In this document: piece by piece, positions 17,256-25,550 of the stretch
Layout of the letters: every line of letters begins with the position of its first letter
Position numbering within the stretch: position 1 is the stretch's first letter
NCBI GenBank assembly: GCA_016839605.1
Contig: JAEOTX010000071.1
Span: forward strand, 1 to 27,630
Source of the DNA: Candidatus Thorarchaeota archaeon
GTDB lineage: Archaea; Asgardarchaeota; Thorarchaeia; Thorarchaeales; Thorarchaeaceae
Direction: 5' to 3'
Length of the DNA stretch: 27,630 nt
The notes under the pieces: generated by a model
What the model was told of the DNA's origin: nothing
Database searches by the model: none
What the model saw: only the letters and a program-made list of their open reading frames with translations
Position numbers and translations under genes: made by a program

Positions 17256-17507
17256 TCATTCCTCCATGGATTCAACTCGTTTCCAGCGTAGTGCTAGAAT
17301 GACACGAATTGTGCTCTTCCTAATCTTCACTTCTAATCCAGTTTCAATAGGCTCCCCCAGCTGCAGTTCAATCTGACCTTCTCTCAAGCTTGGCATTGGA
17401 AGCTCTATTCTTTCACCTTTTCGAATCTCATCGGCCAATTTCTCAAGGAGTTCAGCAACTTTCGCATGGGTGCGTTCTTCTTCAAACTCGTACTCATCAA
17501 TATCCAT
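17256..17507 (-). CDS. Amphi-Trp domain protein
   Basis: Amphipathic helix VAELLEKLADEIRKG, then beta strands (IELQLGEPIETGLEVK) ending in Trp (ILALRW). ATG at 17507 with GAGGT RBS. Confidence 0.75.
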   Translation of the reverse strand: MDIDEYEFEEERTHAKVAELLEKLADEIRKGERIELPMPSLREGQIELQLGEPIETGLEVKIRKSTIRVILALRWKRVESMEE

Positions 17508-17575
17508 GATACACAACCTCATGGAGGTAACTGATTGAAAGGCGAGACTCTTGCCTTTTTAGCCTAACCATTGTG

Positions 17576-17675
17576 ACGAAAACTGCCATCCTTAATTGCA
17601 AAATCACAGGCTGAGAGATTCACGGTGACATCCACATTCCAGAGTGATTATGATGAACGAAGATGACATGATCGT
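17576..17675 (+). repeat. Direct repeat copy 1 (100 bp): duplicate of the trpS upstream region and first ~8 codons
   Basis: Aligns without gaps to 18577-18676 with 7 mismatches in 100 bp, counted by eye. Confidence 0.95.
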
Positions 17676-17802
17676 CTTGTTCAAGAGAATCAAGATGAAG
17701 GGTGGTCCACTGCTCAAGGCACTAAGAAAGTTTAAGCCATGTACTCCTGACATGAAAGATGGGGATATTTTGGTGACTTGTCCTGCTTATTCTGAGAACT
17801 AA
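17650..17802 (+). CDS. Putative chimeric 50-aa ORF starting with a TrpRS-like N-terminus (MMNEDDMIV...) then unrelated sequence; possibly a pseudogene fragment
   Basis: Open frame MMNEDDMIVLFKRIKMKGGPLLKALRKFKPCTPDMKDGDILVTCPAYSEN*; it inherits the duplicated trpS upstream region. Confidence 0.35.
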   Translation: MMNEDDMIVLFKRIKMKGGPLLKALRKFKPCTPDMKDGDILVTCPAYSEN

Positions 17803-17970
17803 CACGAAATGAAAGCGGACTCATAATCGTCTATCTCATGCTATATGTAGAATTAGAGCATCTCTGCCAGAACTATTAACTCCACTGCATTGCGCCGAAT
17901 CGATTTTCAAGCATAGGGATGTCCCAGGAAGAAAGCATAGATTAAACAGCATAATTTCAGAAGACATGCT

Positions 17971-18462
17971 ATGGTCGACAAGGAATACAATGAGGAAATG
18001 ATGCAAGATGAAGGCATCATTGTAGACACCTCACTTGACATTCTAAGAGAGGGCGTGAAGAAGGTCCTCTTTGAATTTAATGAAACTATCTTGGACATAA
18101 GTGGTAAACCAAGAGCAAGTGAATCTGAAATCAAGTCCGGAGATACGATTCTTTTTGTGGAAGCCATTCCAAATGTGCCTGCTCGTATTGTAGCCGTTTA
18201 TATCAACAGGAATTGCTGGTATGTCAACGCAACTTCTGAAACTCCAAGGGGAGGGTATCCTTCTGGGAGAGATGCAATGAAAGCAGCTGAAATGGATCTT
18301 AAGAAACTGAAAATTCTAGAAAGATTTCTGATTGAAAAAGAAGGTAAAACCCACGTAAAGGATGTAGAGGACTGGAAACCAGACCTAAGAAGTGATGCTG
18401 CTGATGTCCTCAATATTCTAAGGCAGGCAATCAGGAAATGGCATCATAGGCTTGTCGATTGA
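17971..18462 (+). CDS. Hypothetical protein (163 aa, orphan) between the direct repeats
   Basis: Long ORF with globular-protein composition; no family recognised. Confidence 0.65.
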   Translation: MVDKEYNEEMMQDEGIIVDTSLDILREGVKKVLFEFNETILDISGKPRASESEIKSGDTILFVEAIPNVPARIVAVYINRNCWYVNATSETPRGGYPSGRDAMKAAEMDLKKLKILERFLIEKEGKTHVKDVEDWKPDLRSDAADVLNILRQAIRKWHHRLVD

Positions 18463-18576
18463 TCTACATGCCATACCGTTCGCAATCCGAGAGAAGCGAT
18501 TCTAGATCAAGTTCAGAAGATTGCATTATCCTTTGATATGCTGTGAAATTGCTCGTGGATATGCATATCGGGCTTA

Positions 18577-18676
18577 ACGAAAACCGCCATCCTTAATTGC
18601 AAAATCATAGGCTGAGAGATTCACGGTGACATCCACATTCCTGAGTGATTAGAATGAACGAAGATGAAATGGTCGT
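18577..18676 (+). repeat. Direct repeat copy 2 (native trpS promoter and 5' end)
   Basis: Partner of 17576-17675, offset by 1001 bp. Confidence 0.95.
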
Positions 18677-19796
18677 TACTCCTTGGGAGGTCAGAGGAAA
18701 GATTGACTACGACCGCCTAATCAAGGAGTTCGGAACAGAGCGTATTACGCCCGATCTCAAGCAGCGAATGTACAAGATCACAAAAGAGAAGCATGTCATG
18801 CTTGAACGTGATTACTTCTTCTCTCATCGTGACCTCAACTGGATACTTGACGAGTACGATAAGAAGAACAAGTTCGTACTCTATACTGGACGCGGTCCAA
18901 GCGGCCATACTCACATCGGCCATCTTCCGACATGGATTTTCACCAAGTGGATGCAGGACCGGTTTGACACACGACTCTACTTCCAGATGACGAATGATGA
19001 GAAGTTCGTGTTTGAGAGTCACCTTAATCTTGAAGATGTCAGGAAATTCACCTACGAGAACACACTCGACCTACTAGCTCTGGGATTCGAGCCGGAGAAC
19101 ACTTTCATCATCCAGGATATAGAACACATCGATCTAATGTACGAGATTGCTGTCCAAGTGGCCAAGAAGGTCACATTCTCATCAGCAAAGGCAGTGTTTG
19201 GTTTCGACAACAGCATGAACATAGGCGGCATCTGGTTCCCAGCGATGCAGGCTGTTCCCGCCTTCATTCACTCTTGGGTATATGGCAAAAAGACTCCCTG
19301 TGTCATTCCCTGTGCAATTGATCAGGATCCATACTGGCGAGTCACACGAGATGTTGCTGAGAGGATTGGCTACTACAAGCCAGCATCCATCCAGAACCAG
19401 TTTATACCTGGTCTCAAGGAGGGAGGTAAGATGTCAGCCTCCGACCCAATGTCTACAATCTTCACTACAGATACAATTAAGCTGGCCAAGAAGAAGGTCA
19501 TGAACGCATTCACTGGTGGTAGAGCCACAGTAGAGGAGCAACGCAGACTGGGCGCCAATCCCGACATATGCAGCGTCTTCAAGTACTATGAATTCATGTT
19601 CATGCCTGATGACAAAGACCTAGCAGACATTGGGAGGAAATGTCGGGGTGGTGAGATACTCTGCGGCGAATGTAAGCAGATACTTGCACCCATGATGACG
19701 GAGTTCCTTGAGAAGCATCAAGCCACTAGAGAAGAAGTAAAGGATCGTGTTGATGAGTTCTCTGCAGCGCGACTCAGAGATGAATTGAAACGGTGA
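18654..19796 (+). CDS. trpS: Tryptophanyl-tRNA synthetase (archaeal/eukaryotic type)
   Basis: VTPWEV, YTGRGPS, HIGH, IPCAIDQDPYWR, KMSAS, AFTGG, CGECK. Start at ATG 18654, or GTG 18645. Confidence 0.97.
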   Translation: MNEDEMVVTPWEVRGKIDYDRLIKEFGTERITPDLKQRMYKITKEKHVMLERDYFFSHRDLNWILDEYDKKNKFVLYTGRGPSGHTHIGHLPTWIFTKWMQDRFDTRLYFQMTNDEKFVFESHLNLEDVRKFTYENTLDLLALGFEPENTFIIQDIEHIDLMYEIAVQVAKKVTFSSAKAVFGFDNSMNIGGIWFPAMQAVPAFIHSWVYGKKTPCVIPCAIDQDPYWRVTRDVAERIGYYKPASIQNQFIPGLKEGGKMSASDPMSTIFTTDTIKLAKKKVMNAFTGGRATVEEQRRLGANPDICSVFKYYEFMFMPDDKDLADIGRKCRGGEILCGECKQILAPMMTEFLEKHQATREEVKDRVDEFSAARLRDELKR

Positions 19797-19815
19797 GTCA
19801 TACCTGTCCAATCAC

Positions 19816-20322
19816 TTGGAAGCAATCCTTAATATCGCAAATGAGAAGAGAGGCTTGAGTTCCAGGAGGCGGCGTTTCTTGAGGAGCTACATAATCGAGG
19901 AGCCTGATATCGACCTTTTGCTCAGTCATCTCTCAAAGTATTTCTCCAATACATTCAAGAGAATCAGCCGATATGAGTTGATTCGGTTTGCTGTTTTCAT
20001 TCATAGAATTCCTGCCAAAGACCCAAATACGGACTTCATCAATTTGACTACTGTTGTGGAGTATAATCCTGTTGGTAGAGAGGCATATCTAACTCTTGAA
20101 AGCTCAGGAACCGAAGCTAAAGAAGCAAAATTGGCCGTAGAAATTCTTGGTCCAGCTAATAACAATCAGTGGAATTATAGACGCAATGACAGAACCATTC
20201 AGGACTGCCCCCATTGCAAGGCAACCTACGTCTATAGAATTGATATTAGTCAACAAAATGTGACAACTGTTGTATGTCATAATTGTGCTAGGGAGTTCCA
20301 AGTAACTCAAATCATCAAATGA
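19816..20322 (+). CDS. Hypothetical alpha/beta protein with C-terminal Zn ribbon (paralog of next gene)
   Basis: CPHCKATYVY...CHNC; N-domain EEPDIDLLL..L..YFSNTFKRI resembles the next ORF. Start uncertain. Confidence 0.75.
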   Translation: MEAILNIANEKRGLSSRRRRFLRSYIIEEPDIDLLLSHLSKYFSNTFKRISRYELIRFAVFIHRIPAKDPNTDFINLTTVVEYNPVGREAYLTLESSGTEAKEAKLAVEILGPANNNQWNYRRNDRTIQDCPHCKATYVYRIDISQQNVTTVVCHNCAREFQVTQIIK

Positions 20323-20378
20323 TGTGCTCAGATTTATTTAGTCATGGAGCAATCTGCTTCAAGGAGGGATAATTTCAC

Positions 20379-20837
20379 ATGCAGAGCTTCATGTTGAAGA
20401 ATCCTGACATCGATATACTACTCGAGTTTCTAGAGGAGTCTTATGCAAACAAATTCAAAAGAGTGAAGAAAACTGCCTCGGTAATTTTCGGAGTCTTTCT
20501 CCACGATTCCTTCTTCCAGAGAATGCCCGGGGATTTGACATTGGCAATCGTCTTAGACTATGAGGCAAATGCAAATCTAGCTACAGTTTGGTGCATCGCG
20601 ATGGGCGGTGTTCGAATGGAGGCTAATGCCCAGCAGGCCGCCGAACGTGATTTTATAATTGATGTAGGGAAGATCGCGATTGATCACAACTGGAAAGTCG
20701 AATATGGTCCAGAGAAAATGGCTCTGAAGTGTCCACACTGTAAAGCACAGTATGTGTACCTTGCGGAAGAAGTGAAGGGCAGCTTTGCGGATTCCACAAG
20801 ATGCCAAAACTGCGGTAGGTTGTTTCACCCTGAGTAG
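20379..20837 (+). CDS. DUF6054-like domain plus C-terminal Zn ribbon (paralog of previous gene)
   Basis: KNPDIDILLEFL..SYANKFKRV; GVFLHDSFFQR..LTLAIVLD..VWCIAMGG resembles DUF6054 as recalled; CPHCKAQYVY...CQNC; GGAGG RBS. Confidence 0.75.
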   Translation: MQSFMLKNPDIDILLEFLEESYANKFKRVKKTASVIFGVFLHDSFFQRMPGDLTLAIVLDYEANANLATVWCIAMGGVRMEANAQQAAERDFIIDVGKIAIDHNWKVEYGPEKMALKCPHCKAQYVYLAEEVKGSFADSTRCQNCGRLFHPE

Positions 20838-20918
20838 AGTAATTCTCCTCTATACCTGACGAAGTCTTAAATGCCATCAGAACGCATGTCCCCCCAGAAA
20901 CTCCCCGGAGAGTTTACG

Positions 20919-21980
20919 ATGAGTTCTGAAGCACAAGCAGTGGACGTATTCAAGTGTCCAGTCTGCAGCGGCAACGTCAAGACCGGCCCTGACGATGTCG
21001 TGATAACCTGCACTTACTGCGGTAGCACGACGACAATCGAAGGGAAGGCTATTGGCGACCATCTTATGGAGTCCGGTGTAGATCTTGATGAACGTCTAGA
21101 TGGCTTTCGTAAATTCCTTGACAAGAACAAGGGTATGAACAAGTCCCTAGTTCAAAAGGCTCAAGTCGTCGAAAACAAGCTACTTTTCGTGCCTGTTTGG
21201 ACGGCGAAGGTGAAAGCGGACTCATGGTACAAGGGCTACAAGACCGTGCAGGTTCCAGTCCAGAAAACTAGAACCGTTCGCGACTCAGATGGAAATACCC
21301 GAACTGAGACCTACACGGACTATGAAACAGGCTATGTCCCTGTACAAGATGAGATTCACACTGACACTAATGAGCGATTATTGGCAAGGAAAGGAGCACG
21401 GTTCTATGGACTTGAGGAGTATCTCGAAAAGGTCGACCTCAAAAATACCGAGGCTTATAATTTTGAAAAAATAAAGGATCTACGGTCCTTTGCACATAAT
21501 GAAGAGACTGAACTGACCCTTCTAAACGCAGAGATTGGTGAGGAAGAGTTCGAAAAGACTGTTCATGGTCGAGTAGCTGATCGACATCGATCCCAGGCTG
21601 CGGGCGGACTTTCTGAGCTTTTTGATTGCAGGACCAATACTGAGGTTCGTGGAACTACCTACCTTCAAGCACCTTTTGCTCTGGTTCGATACAAATTCGA
21701 GGGCGACCTCTACAAGGCCGCCTTGGATGGTCATACTGGAAAGGTCGTTTTAGGAGAAATCCCGATCACAAAAGCACAGCGTGCCATGTGGACATTTTTG
21801 GGTCTACTCGGCATTATACTCGCGCTAATTGGTGGACAGTTGGGCTATACAGAAATGATGCTAGCTGAACCATCGACTGCACTCCTAATCGGAGGCATGG
21901 CAGCTGCTGTGGTTGGTTGGATAATGGCAATAGCTGGGTTCCGAGTGTTGATTATGACTCAGCGGGAGAAGACGGGGTGA
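20919..21980 (+). CDS. Zn-ribbon membrane protein (N-terminal CPxC..CxYC, central alpha/beta domain, 2 C-terminal TM helices), paralog A
   Basis: CPVC...CTYCG; FVPVW; PF..RYKFEG..Y...DGHTGKV; two C-terminal TM helices. ATG 20919 after GGAG. Confidence 0.8.
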   Translation: MSSEAQAVDVFKCPVCSGNVKTGPDDVVITCTYCGSTTTIEGKAIGDHLMESGVDLDERLDGFRKFLDKNKGMNKSLVQKAQVVENKLLFVPVWTAKVKADSWYKGYKTVQVPVQKTRTVRDSDGNTRTETYTDYETGYVPVQDEIHTDTNERLLARKGARFYGLEEYLEKVDLKNTEAYNFEKIKDLRSFAHNEETELTLLNAEIGEEEFEKTVHGRVADRHRSQAAGGLSELFDCRTNTEVRGTTYLQAPFALVRYKFEGDLYKAALDGHTGKVVLGEIPITKAQRAMWTFLGLLGIILALIGGQLGYTEMMLAEPSTALLIGGMAAAVVGWIMAIAGFRVLIMTQREKTG

Positions 21981-21985
21981 TCAAA

Positions 21986-22945
21986 ATGGCAAGATGTCCG
22001 TTCTGTGATGCAGACTTTGAAGCTGGTCGTGGAGATGTTCTCCTAGTGTGTCCGTACTGCGGTACAGCGCATACAACTGATGGAGCGAAGTTCACTGACC
22101 ATTATATGATTCGAGTCCATTTTGATCAAGGTGAAGCTCAGACCACCCTACTTGATTGGGTGTCCAAACAGCTGGGCGCACCCGAAGACCTTCCCGCAAA
22201 AGCCCGCTTTTTGAAGTATCAGCAGTACTGGTATCCCTTCTGGATAAGTAGAGTCGACTCCCACTCAACATATCGAGGTCTCGGCAGAGACGCGAACTTC
22301 TATGATGAGTGGCCTCAGAGACGAGGAGCATACAAGCGGATTGACTACTTCTGGAAGCCAGAGTCAGGCCAGTTTACTCGACGACATGAGATCAATATCC
22401 CCGGTATGAAGGATCTGGATGATGATGTCAAGAGGCATCCAATTCCTACAAGGGCGAAGGAGTTCTTCAGCCATGCACACGCTGAGGAATTTGACGGAAA
22501 GGTTATGCATAGTAATATTGGTGAGGATGAAGCTAAAGGCCTTGCAAAGCAGATGGCCTATGATAGGCAGACGAATCTCATCATGTCCGAAGTTGACAAG
22601 ATAGAGGAGCGCGATGACACCAATACTGTAGGTGAAACCTTCCTTGTACATGTCCCTGTTTGGGAATTGGAGTACAAATACGGAAACAGCAAGTACAAAG
22701 CTTCTGTGGCAGCATCTACAGGCTATGTTATCGAGAGCAAGTATCCAAGGTCAATGGCATTTCGTGCTGCAGGATTGGGGTTTGGTCTTTTACTCCTTCT
22801 AGGAGGTGTGGGACTACTAGCAGTAGCACTAGTGCTGGAGATGTTTATTGGTGCTGGCCTTGCTGGTGGAAGCCTGATGGCTTTGCTGGGCTTGATCTTG
22901 ATGTATAAGGGTGCTTCTCGAAAGGAAGCCAAAGAGCAGATTTAG
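21986..22945 (+). CDS. Zn-ribbon membrane protein, paralog B
   Basis: CPFC...CPYCG; WYPFW; VPVW..YKYG..Y....STGYV...YP; two C-terminal TM helices. ATG 21986 after GGGGTGA, 5 nt after the paralog A stop. Confidence 0.8.
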   Translation: MARCPFCDADFEAGRGDVLLVCPYCGTAHTTDGAKFTDHYMIRVHFDQGEAQTTLLDWVSKQLGAPEDLPAKARFLKYQQYWYPFWISRVDSHSTYRGLGRDANFYDEWPQRRGAYKRIDYFWKPESGQFTRRHEINIPGMKDLDDDVKRHPIPTRAKEFFSHAHAEEFDGKVMHSNIGEDEAKGLAKQMAYDRQTNLIMSEVDKIEERDDTNTVGETFLVHVPVWELEYKYGNSKYKASVAASTGYVIESKYPRSMAFRAAGLGFGLLLLLGGVGLLAVALVLEMFIGAGLAGGSLMALLGLILMYKGASRKEAKEQI

Positions 22946-22976
22946 GGGCTCAGCCCCTATCCCTCTCTTTTTTTTT
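22943..22976 (+). terminator. GC-rich hairpin plus T9 tract terminator
   Basis: TAGGGGC-TCA-GCCCCTA (22943-22959), a pyrimidine run, then T9 (22968-22976), between convergent genes. Confidence 0.75.
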
Positions 22977-22985
22977 CTTCATTCC

Positions 22986-24146
22986 TTAGACTGTTATGTG
23001 AACTAGGGGATGGACCGCTTCCTCAAGCCCGAGGATTTCGAGCAGAGGATTATCCAAAGCCCATCTCCCTAGTTCTGGTCGGAGGACAGAAGTAAGCACT
23101 GCCAAAGCATTGCCCTTGTCTTCCACCTGAACTGGAGTAGAAAGGAGTGCTTCCTTTACTCCTGCTCTAGAAATCCAAGGGCCGAGAGAATTGCTTTTGG
23201 CATTGCGAGAGAAATGGAAGATAACTAGATGTGAGGATTCTTTGTGAGCGACCATTGTCGTGTAAGCTGAGAATCGCGCATAATCTGAATGAACCGCAGT
23301 TGTGATATCGGTTGTAGGACAATGAAGGTCTTCAAGACTACTTGTGCAGATGAGTTCAGCAGGTTTCTTTTCCATTCTCAGATAGTCAACTCTTGGTTCT
23401 CCGGGAATGGATAGCACTGTGAAGCTTTCGCCGTACAATGTTGCCATTTGGATCTTTGATTCTACTGCTCTGTGACAGTCAGCAAGCTCAATGATGGAGC
23501 GACTGATGATTGAGTCCATGGTCGCCTTGTAGGCGCTTCGAAGTGGCATCATTCTTCTATGGTTAAAGTGGCCCAAGAGGCCGACTGACATTAGGCGCGC
23601 GATCTGGTCAATGGTGTAGTCATAATTCAATAGACTCCAGATTGCCTCTGAGGCAGATATGTCCATTTGCGTAATTCGATGGGCTACATTGCTAATCTCA
23701 GGTTCAGCAGCAATCTCTATTGAATCAACATTGATTACTGGGCCACATGGCAATAGTCCTCTAATTGGTTGCAGTTCAGGAGCTAACATGCCGTCGAGTT
23801 GAACCTCAAGAGCTATCGGACTAACAGAGAGCGCCAAAGTCTGAAGGACTTTCACTGTTTTGCTAGGCTCCATTTTCCTGGAATCAACAGGAAGTACGAA
23901 TCTGAAGAGTTTCTCTCTCATGCCGAAAATAGCATCTCTCTCAAGCCCTCTCCACGATTCAGGATGGTCAAAGATTGAGAGCCATTCAGAAGATTCAGGT
24001 GATGCCAAGACTCCGGCTGTGAGAATAGGAAACTTGAAGGTCTCTATGAATAAGCCAGGGGGGCTATAGACGGTCAGACTCTTGCTCCGAGAAGCAGATT
24101 CAAGCCGTGATTGGGATTTGAATTCCTGAGAGATGACCATAGCCAA
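22986..24146 (-). CDS. Divergent Nre-family (DUF650/DUF651) archaeal DNA-repair protein homolog
   Basis: SPPGLFI..FP, FDHPESW, MSVGLLG..RRMMPLRSAYKAT.D (canonical: RLVPTRWSITAVD), LGPWISRAGV (canonical: LGVWQVRE.V). No N-terminal Cys4 finger and no C-terminal PIP box. Confidence 0.72.
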   Translation of the reverse strand: MAMVISQEFKSQSRLESASRSKSLTVYSPPGLFIETFKFPILTAGVLASPESSEWLSIFDHPESWRGLERDAIFGMREKLFRFVLPVDSRKMEPSKTVKVLQTLALSVSPIALEVQLDGMLAPELQPIRGLLPCGPVINVDSIEIAAEPEISNVAHRITQMDISASEAIWSLLNYDYTIDQIARLMSVGLLGHFNHRRMMPLRSAYKATMDSIISRSIIELADCHRAVESKIQMATLYGESFTVLSIPGEPRVDYLRMEKKPAELICTSSLEDLHCPTTDITTAVHSDYARFSAYTTMVAHKESSHLVIFHFSRNAKSNSLGPWISRAGVKEALLSTPVQVEDKGNALAVLTSVLRPELGRWALDNPLLEILGLEEAVHPLVHITV

Positions 24147-24261
24147 GCCCCTGACTGAGAGTATGGACCCTATATTCTAGGTGCCGCCTTTGCTAAGTCA
24201 ATTATCCACCCCTATTATGCGGTTTCACATATTCCGTGGTCTTGGGGAGGCCCCGCCGAGA

Positions 24262-25467
24262 CTATTCTTGCAGTCTAGTGCGAAGATAGTCTACTATTTT
24301 GGAATAGGTTTCTTCAGGCGCTTCTGTTTCAGAGAATCCGCCAGTATAGACGTCGCGACTGCCTCCTCCTTTACCACCCATCTCTTCGACTATGTGAGCT
24401 ATGTATTCACCTGCATCAACTGGCAATTCGTTCGTACTCAGAGTCAGCGTTGATTTTTCACCAGGAATGAATAGCAGCAAAGCAGCTGGTCCCGATAGTT
24501 TGATCTTCTTTATGATGTTCTTAATGTCTTTAGAATCCAATCCCGGGATGTACTCATGAATGAAGGTGATTCCCCCAATATCTTCGGAAGTGATTCCTTC
24601 GGTTAGAAGCTGTACAATCTTTTCCACCATCAGTTTTCTTTCATCAGCTGCAGATTTCGCCTTGTCAAGTACATCTCCGATCTGCTCCATTTCAAAAGGA
24701 TAACTGTGCTTGCGACGAAGAACCTCATTGTATGTCGCTTCAATGGTCTTCTTGGCCTTATCGCCAGCAGCAAATGTCACTCTAGATCCCTCTCCCTTGG
24801 CCTTGAAATCAATGACCTTGAAGAACCCAATGTCGCGAGTATTTGTGACATGAATGCCTGAACAAGCGGAGGTGTCATGGTCTCCTACTTCCACAATTCT
24901 CATGACCTCATGTTTGTCGGTCAATCCTTCTCGAGCCCTAACTTCTGAGCTTATGTCTGATGCTTTCATAAGCTTCATGTCGACCTGAATAGATTTCTCA
25001 ATCATATTCTGCACACTTTGCTCGGCTTTTATTAGATGTTCAAATCCAAGCTCCTTTCCTTCGAGGTCAACCGTGCCGCGCTCTCCATCTATCCAAATAT
25101 AGCCCAGCTCAATCTCGGGGTGCATCTTCTTTATCGCTGCTACGAACAGATGCTCTCCTGTATGATTTCTCATCATAGCCTTGCGCCATTTCATGTCAAT
25201 TCTCACTGTAGCAGCTGTGTCTGGTTCAATAGGCGAGCTTGCCATGAGGACAAGCTTGCCATCGATTCTTGCGGTATCATTGAACTTCTCTGTTTCATCA
25301 CCGAACTGAATCTCCCCTTTGTCACCTGCCTGCCCACCTCCTGCAGCTCTGACAACTTCTTGGTCTATCACAATTTCAAAATGGTTATCGGATTTCGTAC
25401 AGGATAAGATTGTGACTGAAAACTCATCTCTTTCGGGATCTGTCCAATACGGATAATCATTAATCAT
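24262..25467 (-). CDS. alaX: Alanyl-tRNA editing protein AlaX with C-terminal DHHA1/C-Ala domain
   Basis: GGGQAGDKG, Zn ligands HTGEH and CSGIH, C-terminal GGKGGG. Confidence 0.9.
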   Translation of the reverse strand: MINDYPYWTDPERDEFSVTILSCTKSDNHFEIVIDQEVVRAAGGGQAGDKGEIQFGDETEKFNDTARIDGKLVLMASSPIEPDTAATVRIDMKWRKAMMRNHTGEHLFVAAIKKMHPEIELGYIWIDGERGTVDLEGKELGFEHLIKAEQSVQNMIEKSIQVDMKLMKASDISSEVRAREGLTDKHEVMRIVEVGDHDTSACSGIHVTNTRDIGFFKVIDFKAKGEGSRVTFAAGDKAKKTIEATYNEVLRRKHSYPFEMEQIGDVLDKAKSAADERKLMVEKIVQLLTEGITSEDIGGITFIHEYIPGLDSKDIKNIIKKIKLSGPAALLLFIPGEKSTLTLSTNELPVDAGEYIAHIVEEMGGKGGGSRDVYTGGFSETEAPEETYSKIVDYLRTRLQE

Positions 25468-25550
25468 CGAAATTCACATCGGCCGAAATCGATAAAGCAG
25501 GGACGTACAGGTTGTTTACTAACCTACCGGATGAGTAGAGGCGAAAACTG

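Noticed and set aside
17608-17645. GGCTGAGAG in the repeat as a TPP or SAM riboswitch, or a T-box before trpS
   Set aside because: Only the short GCUGAGA word matches; no downstream TPP motifs, no T-box UGGNACC and no convincing stems.
17650-17802. Small ORF as a Trp attenuator leader peptide
   Set aside because: It contains no Trp codons and ends about 850 bp upstream of trpS with another gene in between.
17576-18676. Intact IS element or provirus
   Set aside because: No transposase or integrase motifs and no terminal inverted repeats; reported only as a direct-repeat-bounded remnant.
21917-21985. N-terminal extension of Zn-ribbon paralog B overlapping paralog A
   Set aside because: ATG 21986 has a GGGGTGA RBS and aligns with the paralog's N-terminal CPxC.
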